A stretch of DNA of 64,000 bases from Candidatus Shapirobacteria bacterium (GTDB taxonomy: Bacteria > Patescibacteriota > Microgenomatia > UBA12405): assembly GCA_041661765.1 (NCBI GenBank), contig JBAZTV010000002.1, positions 74,212 through 138,211 of the forward strand, in the 5' to 3' direction. The translations under genes and the position numbers were made by a program. Below, piece by piece: positions 1 to 10,321 of the stretch. The notes under the pieces were generated by a model. The model ran no database searches, was not told the DNA's origin, and saw only the letters and a list, made by a program, of their open reading frames with translations. Each line of letters opens with the position of its first letter. The first letter of the stretch is position 1.

Positions 1-1
1 C

Positions 2-394
2 GTTGACCCTATCCATCAAAAAATATATTCTACTGAAACTGGTTATCTTTCCGATTGGACCTCCGGGTGGGGAATCAAAGAATCAGCAGATTTTCTAAAA
101 CAAAGATCACAAGTTGCTAATGTAATTGTTGGCACTGAAGGTGCTTTTGGTACTCTTCCCGACGGTCTTCAAATCTATTGCAATAAAATTCCTCGATTAA
201 CGATAATTGGTGAAGGTTTAGGTTTTTCCGAATTACCAGTAAATCTAATTGATGCTAAAAATCATGGCGATGAAGTTTATTTATTAATTAATAAATCTCG
301 TCTCAAAATAAACTCAAATCAATTGAATCAATTAGAACTAATAAAATCATTTGATAAACCAAACAATGATCAGTTGCTTTTGTATAAAATTTAA
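2..394 (+). CDS. C-terminal fragment (5'-truncated at the window edge) of a membrane glycosyltransferase-like protein. Its soluble C-terminal domain resembles that of the ArnT/PMT-like paralog at 12014-13615.
   Basis: Frame 2 is open from the window edge to TAA at 392-394. The segment VIVGTEGAFGTLPDG is comparable to VLVGVCGTWGVPEGS in the 12014-13615 product. The six-frame track missed it because the start lies outside the window. Confidence 0.45.
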   Translation, partial: VDPIHQKIYSTETGYLSDWTSGWGIKESADFLKQRSQVANVIVGTEGAFGTLPDGLQIYCNKIPRLTIIGEGLGFSELPVNLIDAKNHGDEVYLLINKSRLKINSNQLNQLELIKSFDKPNNDQLLLYKI

Positions 395-416
395 AAAGCT
401 ACTGTACAATATTATT

Positions 417-1655
417 ATGGTAAAAATCAGTAAAAAAATAATGATTCCGCTCGTGATTGGTATCGTCATACGTATTTTTTTAATGGCTTTTACATATCAT
501 CCAGATCTTGCTGGTCAAAGCTTGTCTTCTTACTTTTGGGGATTTAAAAATGTAACCAATGTTTATGAACATCTTCTCTCCCTTCCGCCAGACCATCCTT
601 TAGTCAGAAACTTTGGTGTGAATGATATTTTTATTTATCCGCCATTAACTTATTTCACTCTCGGCACTTTTCAAAAAATTTTTGCTTTCACCGGATTAGG
701 TAATTTTTTAGAAACTGTTATGTCAGGCACTAACATATATAGTATACCTGGGCTCTCCTGGTATCTTTTTATTTTAAAATTTCCATATCTTTTTTTTGAT
801 TTAGCTGTTGCTTTTTTATTATATAAATATTTTAATAATCCTCGTCAAAAATATTTAGCTTTTATTCTTTGGCTTTTTAACCCAGTTACTTTGTATGCCA
901 CTTTTTGTATGGGTGTATTCGATATAATCCCTGTATTTTTTACCGTTTTATCGGCCTATTTTCTAAAAAAAGAAAAATTGTCTTTTTCTGCTCTTTCTAT
1001 CGGTTTTGGTATTGCTTTTAAAATGTACCCTCTCTTTTTGTTGCCATTTGTTATTTTTAAAGCAAATAAGTGGTCTCAGCGAATCAAATTATTAATCATT
1101 TCTTTTCTTCCTGTAATTATTACCAACCTTCCATTCATTTTTTCCTCAGCCTATCGATATATGGTTTTTAGCCCAAAGAGTCAAAAAATGCTTCATATGG
1201 AATGGATGCTTTCTGGTGCCGAAGGTTTATTTCCTTTTCTTTTAATTTTAATCATGCTTTATCTTTTATCACAAAATAAACTACTACGACCAAAATTTTA
1301 TATTTCTTACTTTTTTGTTATGTTTTTACTTCTCTTCTCGGTTACTCATTTTCATCCACAGTGGTTTATTTGGATCACGCCGTTTTTAATTATTGAATTA
1401 ATAAACTATCGCTTCAAAGAAGCTTGGATATACTTAGGATTATTATTTATTTACATTTTTATAGTTTTTACCTTCGAGAATTCTCTTTCAATTGGCTTAT
1501 TTGCACCACTCGACCCATCCCTGGCTTCTTTTGAAGGCACTCAATCGATTATTACTAAAGCCACTGATATTAATCAATTAAAAAGTTATTTTCGTAGCAT
1601 ATTCGCCGGAATATCAATTTATTTAGCCTTTACTCATCTTAAAAAAAGTGCTTAA
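417..1655 (+). CDS. Polytopic membrane protein, GT-C-like (DUF2029/GT87-like?). Family A; paralog of 14057-15238.
   Basis: ATG at 417. The track start at 351 is TTG and overlaps the upstream stop. About 10 hydrophobic helices. Shared motifs with 14057-15238: IRIFLMAFTYHPDL vs IRLLVMPFFYHPDI; FKMYPLFLLPF vs LKMYPIMFLPF; NFHPQW in both. Confidence 0.75.
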   Translation: MVKISKKIMIPLVIGIVIRIFLMAFTYHPDLAGQSLSSYFWGFKNVTNVYEHLLSLPPDHPLVRNFGVNDIFIYPPLTYFTLGTFQKIFAFTGLGNFLETVMSGTNIYSIPGLSWYLFILKFPYLFFDLAVAFLLYKYFNNPRQKYLAFILWLFNPVTLYATFCMGVFDIIPVFFTVLSAYFLKKEKLSFSALSIGFGIAFKMYPLFLLPFVIFKANKWSQRIKLLIISFLPVIITNLPFIFSSAYRYMVFSPKSQKMLHMEWMLSGAEGLFPFLLILIMLYLLSQNKLLRPKFYISYFFVMFLLLFSVTHFHPQWFIWITPFLIIELINYRFKEAWIYLGLLFIYIFIVFTFENSLSIGLFAPLDPSLASFEGTQSIITKATDINQLKSYFRSIFAGISIYLAFTHLKKSA

Positions 1656-3372
1656 AAAAAAGTTTTTATTACCGGTTTTATTATTAATTTTAACTATTCC
1701 TGCTTTTTTCTTTTTTTTAAAACCCGGATCTTTATATTGGAATATGCACGACGATATGCAAATGATTCGTCAATTAGAATTTGAGAAATGCTTAAAAGAC
1801 GGTCAAATTCCATGTCGTTGGACTCCAGATTTAGGTTTTGGTTACGGCTACCCATTATTTAATTTTTATCCTCCATTCCCAAATATCGTTGGTCAAGTTT
1901 TTAGAACTTTTTCTTTTTCCTTTACCCAAAGTATTAAATTTACCGCCGTTGTCCAATTTATTTTATCTGCATTATTTATGTATATTTTGGCTTCATCTCT
2001 CTTTGGTAAATTGGGAGGTTTTGTAGCCGCTCTTTTTTATACTTATGTTCCATATCATGCCTTAAATATTTATGTTCGAGGTGCTATGAACGAGGCCTGG
2101 GCTGCTGTTTTCTTTCCTTTAATTTTTTATTTTGCCAGAAAAATAGTTTTAAAACCTAAATCTAACGATATTATTGGTTTAGGTGTTTCTTTTGCCTTTC
2201 TTTTACTTTCTCATAATCCCATGGTTTTAACATTTACTCCTATTCTTTTTGTTTGGGTTCTGTTTTTGTTTTGGCAAACCTATGGGCTTAATTTTAAAAA
2301 AATGATACCTATTTTTATTAAACTAGGTATTTCTGGAGTTTTAAGCGCTTCATTAGCCGCCTTTTTTACTCTTCCACTTCTTTTCGAAACTAAATTTATC
2401 CAAGTTGAATCTATGTTTCAAGGATATTATTCTTTTTCTGCCCATTTTGTTAGTTTAAAACAAATGTTTTTAAGTAATTATTGGAACGATGGTGGTTCTG
2501 TGTGGGGTCCAAACGACACCATGTCTTTTATGATTGGTTTCACCCATTGGGTGTTAGCGGTTCTGATTAGTTTTTATTTTATTATCACTTCTATTAAAAA
2601 CAAAAAAATTAATAAAAAACTTTTGCTTCCAACTCTGTTAATATTAATGGCTTTTGGAACCGCCTTTATGGCTCACGAAAAATCTACTTTTATTTGGCAA
2701 ATTTTCACTCCTCTCCAAAAAATTCAATTTCCATGGAGATTTTTAAACCACACAGCTTTTTTACTTTCTTTATCAGCTGGAATTTTGCCATATATCTGCC
2801 AAAAGATTTTTCCAAAAAAATTTGCTTTAATTCCAACTATTTTGATTTTAATTATTCTTTTTGCCACTAATATCTCTCATTTTTATCCAGTCCATAGTGG
2901 TCCAGTTACCGATGCTGAAAAATTTTCTGGATCAAGTTGGGAACGTCAAATTTCTGCTAGTATTTACGATTATTTACCAAAAACAGCATCATCTGCCGCT
3001 AAATCAGTTGCCATTCCCTATATTGACAATATTAATCCTAACGAAGCATTGATTAATATGTCCGGTCAGAAAAAGGGGACAGATTGGCTATTTTTTAATT
3101 TATTTTTAAATCAAGATGCCAAGGTTACTATTTCTCAATTAGCTTTTCCTAATTTTGAAATCACTGATAAAGGTCAAAAAATAGATTATGAAATTGAACC
3201 AGAACTTGGTCGTATGGTTGTCAATTTAAAAAATGGCGATCATCAAATTTATGTAAAATTAAAAAACACCCCCATCAGGACTATTTCGAATTATATTTCT
3301 CTTTTTGCCTGGTTAGGATTAATATTTTATTTGTTTAACCCTTTATGGAAGAAATTGATCTTCAAGAAATAA
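1648..3372 (+). CDS. Large polytopic membrane protein, uncharacterised family B (GT-C-like?). N-terminal TM, then conserved DDM...GQIPCRW...GFGYGYPLF motif.
   Basis: GTG start at 1648; the first in-frame ATG is already past TM1. Paralogous to 17554-19194 and 19191-20876 (GQIP(C/P)RW, G(F/Y)G(Y/F)GYPLF, PWRFL motifs). 12+ TM segments plus a C-terminal soluble domain. Confidence 0.75.
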   Translation: MLKKKFLLPVLLLILTIPAFFFFLKPGSLYWNMHDDMQMIRQLEFEKCLKDGQIPCRWTPDLGFGYGYPLFNFYPPFPNIVGQVFRTFSFSFTQSIKFTAVVQFILSALFMYILASSLFGKLGGFVAALFYTYVPYHALNIYVRGAMNEAWAAVFFPLIFYFARKIVLKPKSNDIIGLGVSFAFLLLSHNPMVLTFTPILFVWVLFLFWQTYGLNFKKMIPIFIKLGISGVLSASLAAFFTLPLLFETKFIQVESMFQGYYSFSAHFVSLKQMFLSNYWNDGGSVWGPNDTMSFMIGFTHWVLAVLISFYFIITSIKNKKINKKLLLPTLLILMAFGTAFMAHEKSTFIWQIFTPLQKIQFPWRFLNHTAFLLSLSAGILPYICQKIFPKKFALIPTILILIILFATNISHFYPVHSGPVTDAEKFSGSSWERQISASIYDYLPKTASSAAKSVAIPYIDNINPNEALINMSGQKKGTDWLFFNLFLNQDAKVTISQLAFPNFEITDKGQKIDYEIEPELGRMVVNLKNGDHQIYVKLKNTPIRTISNYISLFAWLGLIFYLFNPLWKKLIFKK

Positions 3373-4799
3373 AAAACAAAACCACAAAAAATGTTTTATT
3401 TCTTTCATTAAGGAATATTGGTATTCAGGCAATTTCTGTAATCGGTTTTTTTCTTCTAACTATTTTATTAGGCGTTGGCGAAGTCGGCCTTTTTGCTATT
3501 GTTGCTGAATCTGTCAGTATCTTAGGTTATTTTTCCGACCTCGGTTTAGCCGCTGCTTTAATTCAAAAAAAAGATGAAGTTAAAAAAGAAGAATTGCAAA
3601 CAACTTTTACTATTCAGCAGATTTTAGTTGTCATTTCTTTAATTGTTACTTATTTTATTTTTACTAAATTTAGTCAGAATAAAGGATATGGCCCTCAAGA
3701 ATTTTGGATTTTTATTTCTCTTTGTTTTTCTTTTGTTTGTGCTTCACTCAAAACTATTCCTTCCGTTCTTCTCGAAAGAAAACTTAATTTCAAATTAATT
3801 TCCACTGTCGATATTGTTGAAAATGCTTGTTTTTATGGTTTCGCTGTTCTTTTCGCCTTTCTAGGTTTTGGTGTTTATTCTTATGCTTTTGCCACGTTTA
3901 TTCGAAGTCTTTTAGGGCTAATTATTATTTACAGATATAGTTTTTGGCCAATTGGTTTTTCCTTTCATTGGGAATCAGCCAAATCACTTTTTAAATACGG
4001 TATTCCCTTTCAGCTAAATTCTTTTATTGCTATGATTAAAGATCGTCTATCAAATTTATTAGTTGCCGGTATTATTGGTCGCACCGATTTTGGTATTCTT
4101 TCTTGGGCTCAAAAAGGTCCAAGAATTCCTTTAAGTTTTATGGATGCTATTATGAGGGTTACTTTTCCTACCTTTGCTCGCCTTCAAGACCATAAAGAAA
4201 TTTTAAAAAAATCACTTGAGAAAAGTCTTTACTTTATTGCTCTTGTTGTATTTCCCATGACTGTCGGAATTGCTCTAATTGCTCCGGACATAATTAATTT
4301 GATTCCCAATTATAAAAAATGGTCACCGGCCATTTTTCCTCTTTATTTTTATACCATTAGTGTTGTTATTGCCTCAATTACAACTCCATTAACCAATGCT
4401 TTTAATGCCATTGGTAAAATTACTCTCACCACTAAATTTATGATCATGTGGACTGTTTTAACTTTGTTTTTTTATCCCCTTTTAAGTATTAAATTTGGCT
4501 ACACTGGTACTGCTTACGCTGTTTTAATTGTTAGTCTCAGTTCTTTTATCGTTTGGTTTATGGCTCAAAAAGTTTTTGACATTCACATTATTAAAACTAT
4601 TTCTAATCCCGCCATTGCTACTATTTTAATGATTGGTCCTTGTTTAATGTTTCAATTTTTAAATTTAAGTAGTTTAACCAATATTATCGGTAAAATTTTA
4701 ATTTCAGTTTTAGTCTACGGTTTTTACACCTTTTTATTCTCCAAAGATGAAATTATTTGGTTTTGGCGCCAACTCTCATGTTTAAAAACAAAAAAATAA
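3345..4799 (+). CDS. MOP-superfamily polysaccharide/oligosaccharide flippase (Wzx-like, Polysacc_synt).
   Basis: 484 aa with about 12-14 TM. The N-terminal NVLFLSLRNIGIQAISVIGFFLLTILLG...GLFAIVAESVSILGYFSDLGLAAALIQ is typical of Wzx/RfbX flippases. Confidence 0.8.
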   Translation: MEEIDLQEIKNKTTKNVLFLSLRNIGIQAISVIGFFLLTILLGVGEVGLFAIVAESVSILGYFSDLGLAAALIQKKDEVKKEELQTTFTIQQILVVISLIVTYFIFTKFSQNKGYGPQEFWIFISLCFSFVCASLKTIPSVLLERKLNFKLISTVDIVENACFYGFAVLFAFLGFGVYSYAFATFIRSLLGLIIIYRYSFWPIGFSFHWESAKSLFKYGIPFQLNSFIAMIKDRLSNLLVAGIIGRTDFGILSWAQKGPRIPLSFMDAIMRVTFPTFARLQDHKEILKKSLEKSLYFIALVVFPMTVGIALIAPDIINLIPNYKKWSPAIFPLYFYTISVVIASITTPLTNAFNAIGKITLTTKFMIMWTVLTLFFYPLLSIKFGYTGTAYAVLIVSLSSFIVWFMAQKVFDIHIIKTISNPAIATILMIGPCLMFQFLNLSSLTNIIGKILISVLVYGFYTFLFSKDEIIWFWRQLSCLKTKK

Positions 4800-6466
4800 A
4801 AAAAATATCTGTTATTGTAATTGTCTTAAGCACAATTTTATTCTCCCTAACCATGTTTAGAAGTGGTTTAAAATATCAATTTGGGCTAGGTTTTTGGGGC
4901 CCAAATGGTCACGATGCCATTTGGCACTTAAGTTTAATTAATCAACTAAAACAACAAATTCCGCCTCAAAATCCAATATATTCTGGTTCTATTTTACAAA
5001 ATTATCATTGGGGTTTTGATTTTTTAGTCGCAGTTATTTCTAATATAACCACTATTGATTCAAGTTTTCTTTATTTTCAAATACTGCCTATTATTTTTTC
5101 TTTACTGATTGGGTTTTTATCTTTTAAACTTGCTTTTTTAATTACCAAAAATAATATTACCAGTATTTTTTTTGTTTTATTAAATTATTTTGCCGGTTCT
5201 TTTGGTTGGATTTACACTCTTCTTAAAAATCATCAAATTGAAGGGGAGTCACTTTTTTGGTCAATGCAGTCAGTATCAACTCTTCTAAATCCACCCTTCG
5301 CTTTATCTTTAATAGTAATTTTGTTTGGCTTAATTCTTTGGTTTAAATATCATTCTTCAAATTCAGTTAAAATAGCTGTTTTAATCGGTCTGGTCTTTTC
5401 TCTATTAAGCGGTATTAAGGTCTATGCCGGAATTTTAGTTGGATTAGCACTCTCCTTTTACTGGCTTTATAATGCGATTCGTTCCAAAAAAATTTTTGGT
5501 TTTAATTTTATTATTTGCCTAATTATGGGTTTAACTTCACTTTTAATTCTCCTTGGCTTAGGTGTTTTAAAAGGTGATCAATTATTAGAATTTAAACCAC
5601 TTTGGTTTACTCATTCTATGATTGAATCTCTTGATAAATTTTATTTACCCAAACTAGCCTCATTCAGATTCAATCAAACCAATATTCTAATTTCTGCAAT
5701 TTTAGAGATTGGACTGGTTTTTATTTTTTTAATTGGTAACCTTGGTACCAGGTTTTTGGGCTTTCTCTTCCTTTTTTCCAAGAAAATTAAAAAAGAAATT
5801 AATGATTTTGATAAATTAATTATTTTTATTTTTATTTTTTCCTTTTTAATTCCCCTCCTTTTTGTTCAAAAGGGGACCGCTTGGAACACTATTCAGTTTT
5901 TTTATTATTTTCTCTTTTTTACCAATTTTTATTTCGCCCAATTTCTATCAAAACTCTGGTCAAAACATAAAGCTTTAGTTTCAATTTTATTATTAATTTC
6001 TTGTCTTACCAGTTTTAGTACTTTAAAGGATTATTTTGGTAATCCACCTCCAAGTTGTCTCCCTAACTCTGAAATTGAAGCTTTAAATTTTTTGAAAAAT
6101 CAAAACGACGGTTTTGTTTTAACTTATCCTTATAATAAATATAAAAAAGATAAAATGACCACCCCTATTCCTTTGTATGCTTATGAAACTACTGCCTATG
6201 TTTCCGCCTTCAGTGGTAAACAAACATTTTTAGAAGATGAAATGAATTTAGATATTACTGGTTTTGATTGGCAACAGAGACGTGATGAAGAAGAAAAATT
6301 TTTTAAAAGTACTGACCAATTTTTCGCTCGTGGTTTTCTTATCAACAATAACATTAGTTACATTTACTTAATCAGTGATCAAAATTTTTCCTTAAGTACA
6401 TTTGATCTCCAAATTAACGAGATTTTTAATAATAGCCAAGTTAGGATTTACAAAGTCCAAAGGTGA
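4778..6466 (+). CDS. Polytopic membrane protein, divergent member of family B (GT-C-like?).
   Basis: ATG at 4778; the track start at 4757 is TTG. N-terminal TM followed by GPNGHDAIWHL...LKQQIPPQNP...YHWGF. This echoes the HDDM...GQIPCRW...GFGYGYP motif of 1648-3372. Many TM segments. Confidence 0.7.
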   Translation: MFKNKKIKKISVIVIVLSTILFSLTMFRSGLKYQFGLGFWGPNGHDAIWHLSLINQLKQQIPPQNPIYSGSILQNYHWGFDFLVAVISNITTIDSSFLYFQILPIIFSLLIGFLSFKLAFLITKNNITSIFFVLLNYFAGSFGWIYTLLKNHQIEGESLFWSMQSVSTLLNPPFALSLIVILFGLILWFKYHSSNSVKIAVLIGLVFSLLSGIKVYAGILVGLALSFYWLYNAIRSKKIFGFNFIICLIMGLTSLLILLGLGVLKGDQLLEFKPLWFTHSMIESLDKFYLPKLASFRFNQTNILISAILEIGLVFIFLIGNLGTRFLGFLFLFSKKIKKEINDFDKLIIFIFIFSFLIPLLFVQKGTAWNTIQFFYYFLFFTNFYFAQFLSKLWSKHKALVSILLLISCLTSFSTLKDYFGNPPPSCLPNSEIEALNFLKNQNDGFVLTYPYNKYKKDKMTTPIPLYAYETTAYVSAFSGKQTFLEDEMNLDITGFDWQQRRDEEEKFFKSTDQFFARGFLINNNISYIYLISDQNFSLSTFDLQINEIFNNSQVRIYKVQR

Positions 6467-6485
6467 TAAAATAAGACATTCAATT

Positions 6486-7421
6486 ATGAAAAATAAACCT
6501 AATATTTCGGTCGTCATTAATGTTCGAAATGAAGCCGAAGCTCTAAATAAATGTCTCCGTTCCATTAAAAACCTAGCCGATGAAATAATCGTTGTCGATA
6601 TGAATTCTACCGATGGCAGTCATGAAATTGCTAAAGAAGCTGGAGCTCAAGTTTTTTCCTATCGTCCAATGAAATTTGTCGAACCAGCTAGAAATTTTGC
6701 CATTTCCAAGGCTACTGGCAAATGGATCTTACTTCTTGATCCTGATGAATTTTTAAACAAAACCCTCAAAACTGAGTTACTTACTATTACCAAAAGAACC
6801 GATGTTGATTTTGTTAAAATTCCTCGCAAAAATATTATTTTTGGAAAATGGATTCGTCATTCTAACAGTTGGCCTGATTATTTAATTCGCTTTTTCAAAA
6901 AGGGCGCTGTCACTTGGAAAAAAGAAATTCACAGTCAGCCAACAACCAAAGGCAATTGTATAACTCTTTTAGATTCTGAAAAAATGGCTATCCAACACAA
7001 TAATTACACTAGCATCAGTCAATTTATCACTCGAGCCCTTCGTTATAGTGGAATTCAAGCAGATGAATTATCTGCTCAAAATTACAAAATTAAAACCAGT
7101 GATTTTATTTTGAAACCAATTCAGGAATTTAATAGCCGTTTTTTCTTTGCCGAAGGTTACAAAGATGGTTTCCACGGTTTAATTTTTTCTCTTCTTCAAG
7201 CTTTTTCTATTGTTCTAATCTATGTCAGACTTTGGGAAAAACAAGGTTGCCAAGAAAAATCCATTACCAAAGAATCTTTTGTTTCTACTAGTCAAGAAAC
7301 TACTTTCGAATATGATTTTTGGTTTAATAAATATTTCAAAAACGAATATTCTACTAATTTTTTCAAAAGATTTTTACTTAAAATTCGCCTAACTTTAAGT
7401 TATCTAACTAAAAACTTTTAG
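6486..7421 (+). CDS. Glycosyltransferase family 2 (LPS-core type, DEIIVVD class).
   Basis: ATG at 6486; the track start at 6402 overlaps the upstream gene. ISVVINVRNEAEALNKCLRSI...ADEIIVVDMNSTDGSHEIAKE...LLDPDEF. C-terminal VRLWEK motif shared with 8334-9122 and 25813-26640. Confidence 0.8.
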   Translation: MKNKPNISVVINVRNEAEALNKCLRSIKNLADEIIVVDMNSTDGSHEIAKEAGAQVFSYRPMKFVEPARNFAISKATGKWILLLDPDEFLNKTLKTELLTITKRTDVDFVKIPRKNIIFGKWIRHSNSWPDYLIRFFKKGAVTWKKEIHSQPTTKGNCITLLDSEKMAIQHNNYTSISQFITRALRYSGIQADELSAQNYKIKTSDFILKPIQEFNSRFFFAEGYKDGFHGLIFSLLQAFSIVLIYVRLWEKQGCQEKSITKESFVSTSQETTFEYDFWFNKYFKNEYSTNFFKRFLLKIRLTLSYLTKNF

Positions 7422-7425
7422 TTTT

Positions 7426-8334
7426 ATGGAAAAAATTGCCATCATTGTTTTAAACTGGAAACAACCCAAGCTTACTATAGAGACCATTAATTCCATTCTT
7501 AAGATTAAGCATAGTTCATTTGATTATGAAATAATTTTAATCGACAATGGTTCTCCAGATGATTCTATTAAAATTTTTAATCAAGAATACAAAAATAATA
7601 AATTAATAAAAATTTTAAACACCAAATCCAATCTTGGCTATACTGGTGGTAATAATTTTGGTATCAGCTATGCTCTTAAAAATAATTTTGATTTTATTGT
7701 CCTTTTAAATAACGATGTCTTAGTCGATCCAAATTTTATAGATGAATTATTAAAAGAATCGGCCAATTACGACCTCCTCGGCCCTAAAATTTATTTTGCT
7801 CCTGGTTTTGAATTTCATAAAGATCGCTATCAAAAAAAAGATTTAGGCAAAGTTATTTGGTCAATGGGTGGTCAAATGGATTGGGATAATATCTATGGTA
7901 GTAATATTAGTATTGATGAAATTGATCATGGCCAATTCAAAAAAATCATAAATAAAGTTGATTTTATTAGCGGTTGTTGTTTAATGGCCAGTCGCCAAGT
8001 TTTCCAAAAAATTGGAAAATTAGATGAGAATTATTTTATGTATCTTGAAGATGTTGATTTTTGTCAGCGTGCCAAAAATGCTGGTTTTAAAATGGCCTGT
8101 ATTCCAAGATCAATTATTTGGCATGTGAATTCCGGTTCAACTAGTGGTCCAGGAGATTTACAAAATTACTTTATAACCAGAAATAGAATTTATTTTGCCT
8201 ATAAATACGCCAAAATAAGAACAAAATTTGCCATCTTTAGAGAATCTCTAAAAATATTATTTAGTAAATCAAAATGGCAAAAACAGGCTATTATAGACAT
8301 TTATACTAATAAGATGAATAAGGGGAGCTGGTAA
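7426..8334 (+). CDS. Glycosyltransferase family 2 (rhamnosyltransferase/WbbL-like).
   Basis: IAIIVLNWKQPKLTIETINS...IILIDNGSPDDS...LLNNDVLV...YLEDVDFCQRA. Classic GT2 DXD and ED motifs. Confidence 0.85.
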   Translation: MEKIAIIVLNWKQPKLTIETINSILKIKHSSFDYEIILIDNGSPDDSIKIFNQEYKNNKLIKILNTKSNLGYTGGNNFGISYALKNNFDFIVLLNNDVLVDPNFIDELLKESANYDLLGPKIYFAPGFEFHKDRYQKKDLGKVIWSMGGQMDWDNIYGSNISIDEIDHGQFKKIINKVDFISGCCLMASRQVFQKIGKLDENYFMYLEDVDFCQRAKNAGFKMACIPRSIIWHVNSGSTSGPGDLQNYFITRNRIYFAYKYAKIRTKFAIFRESLKILFSKSKWQKQAIIDIYTNKMNKGSW

Positions 8335-9122
8335 TGACCATAAAAAATCTTTCCATTATCATTTTAGCTGGCAACGAAGAGAAAATGATTGTTAATTGTC
8401 TCAAATCTTGTAATTGGACTGATGAAATTATTCTTGTCGCTGCCAATTCCACTGATAATACTGTTAATCTTGCCAGAAAAACCATTCCCGCAATAAAAAT
8501 AATCAAAACAATTGATGAATATAATAAAAAATTTTCTAAATGGCGTAATTTAGGTTTTAATAATGCCTCTAAAGATTGGGTTATATATATCGATGCCGAC
8601 GAAAGAATTACTCCAAAACTAAAACAAGAAATCATAAAAAAAATAAATATTAAAAATAACCCGATTTCCCATTACGCCATTCCTCGAGCCAATCATTATC
8701 TAGGCCAAAGAGTCCGATATGGCGGTTCTTATCCAGATTATGTTAAACGTCTCTATTGTAAAAAATATTTTAAAGGCTACCAAGGCATTCTTCATGAAGA
8801 ACCTATCGTTGACGGCCCTCTAGGACATTTAAAATCCGACCTTTTACACTACACCCACCGTGATCTCACTTCAATGGTCAACAAAACTTTAGTTTGGACT
8901 GATATGGAAGCCCAAGCTCTTTTTCAAAATAATCATCCACCTGTCGTTTGGTGGCGTTTCATTAGAATGATGTTAACCAAAATTTGGGAAAGACTAATAG
9001 TTCAAAAAATGTGGCGGGACGGCACTGTTGGTTGGATTTCTGTTTTATTTGAAACTTTTGATACTTTTTTAATCTACGCCCGCCTTTGGGAAATTCAACA
9101 AAAACAAAACAAGCAGATTTAA
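8334..9122 (+). CDS. Glycosyltransferase family 2 (LPS-core type). Paralog of 6486-7421 and 25813-26640.
   Basis: The ATG overlaps the upstream TAA by 1 bp. LSIIILAGNEEKMIVNCLKS...TDEIILVAANSTDNT...YIDADE. C-terminal ARLWEIQ. Confidence 0.8.
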   Translation: MTIKNLSIIILAGNEEKMIVNCLKSCNWTDEIILVAANSTDNTVNLARKTIPAIKIIKTIDEYNKKFSKWRNLGFNNASKDWVIYIDADERITPKLKQEIIKKINIKNNPISHYAIPRANHYLGQRVRYGGSYPDYVKRLYCKKYFKGYQGILHEEPIVDGPLGHLKSDLLHYTHRDLTSMVNKTLVWTDMEAQALFQNNHPPVVWWRFIRMMLTKIWERLIVQKMWRDGTVGWISVLFETFDTFLIYARLWEIQQKQNKQI

Positions 9123-9138
9123 TGCTATTATAAATTTG

Positions 9139-10320
9139 ATGGTAAAAAGAGTTGCAATCTACGATCCCTATTTAGATACATTAGGTGGTGGCGAAAGATA
9201 TTGCCTAACAGTTGCTGAAATTTTATTAAAACATGGTTATAAAGTTGATTTATTTTGGTCTGGTGATCAAAAATTAATAGAAAAAGCCACCAAAAGATTT
9301 TCTTTAAAATTAGATGGTTTAAATTTAGTTAAAGATGTTTTTCAAATAAAACCAAAACAAATTGATTTTCTTGAAGAAGAACAAGACTTATCCAAATTTA
9401 TTAATAGATCTCTTAATCCTCAAAAAATCCATAAAAAATTTATTAATTTTATTAATAAATTAAAAACTACCAGCAAATACGACATTTTATTTTATTTAGG
9501 CGATGGTAGTATTCCTATTGTTTTTGCCAAACAAAACCTTCTTCACATCCAAGTTCCTTTTTCCGACAATCAAAATATTGTAAATAAGATAATTAACAAT
9601 TCAAAATTACTGTTATTTTCAAAAATAATTTGTAATTCTCAATTCACTGCCAAATTCTATCAAGACAGTCTTCCTTCCAAAATTAATATCATTTACCCGC
9701 CAGTTGATATTGATAAATTCGAACCATCAGATGATAAAAAGAATTTCATTTTATCAGTTGGTCGTTTTGATAATATTTTAAATGCCAAAAAGCAAGACAT
9801 TTTAATCGATGCTTTTAAAAAATTATTTGAAGAAGAAAAAGTAGCTAATTGGAGATTAATATTAGCCGGTGGCAGTCTTACTAATCCTGACGAAAATTCT
9901 TACTTAAAATATTTAAAAGAAAAAGCTTCCGGATTGCCAATTGAATTTATAATTAATCCAAGCTTTGATGATTTAAAAGAAATTTATTCAAAATCAAAAA
10001 TATATTGGCATGCTGCCGGATTTGATATTGACGAAACGACTCATCCAGAAAACACTGAACATTTTGGCATGACTGTTGTTGAAGCTATGGCTTCAGGTTT
10101 GGTCCCTGTTGTAATTGCTAAAGGTGGTATTCCCGAAATTATTTCCGATGGTGTCGATGGATATTTATGGACAATCATCGATGAATTAGTCTTTAAAACC
10201 AAAAGTTTAATAGAATCGCCAGACGATTTAAAAAGAATGTCAAAAAAAGCTATCGGTAAATGTCAAAAATTTTCAAAGGATAATTTTGAAAAAGATTTAC
10301 TTAATTTAATTAAAAATTAA
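9139..10320 (+). CDS. Glycosyltransferase family 4 (GT-B fold, glycos_transf_1).
   Basis: ATG at 9139; the track start at 9136 is TTG. C-terminal EHFGMTVVEAMASGLVPVVIAKGGIPEII is the GT4 E-X7-E region. Confidence 0.85.
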   Translation: MVKRVAIYDPYLDTLGGGERYCLTVAEILLKHGYKVDLFWSGDQKLIEKATKRFSLKLDGLNLVKDVFQIKPKQIDFLEEEQDLSKFINRSLNPQKIHKKFINFINKLKTTSKYDILFYLGDGSIPIVFAKQNLLHIQVPFSDNQNIVNKIINNSKLLLFSKIICNSQFTAKFYQDSLPSKINIIYPPVDIDKFEPSDDKKNFILSVGRFDNILNAKKQDILIDAFKKLFEEEKVANWRLILAGGSLTNPDENSYLKYLKEKASGLPIEFIINPSFDDLKEIYSKSKIYWHAAGFDIDETTHPENTEHFGMTVVEAMASGLVPVVIAKGGIPEIISDGVDGYLWTIIDELVFKTKSLIESPDDLKRMSKKAIGKCQKFSKDNFEKDLLNLIKN

Positions 10321-10321
10321 T

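Noticed and set aside
1838-2026. Short ORFs in the six-frame track (60-110 aa). They lie inside or antisense to long, motif-bearing genes: 1838-2026, 2861-3052, 8306-8635, 11261-11473, 12162-12443, 15894-16091, 18482-18679, 23076-23276, 24406-24591, 25885-26067, 41229-41501, 41392-41652, 44112-44399, 45647-45838, 46650-46859, 50371-50580, 59017-59247, 59512-59700, 61823-62071.
   Set aside because: Each is fully embedded in a longer ORF with clear family signatures. In a genome this AT-rich, long stop-free antisense stretches are expected by chance. None has a recognisable motif or its own RBS.
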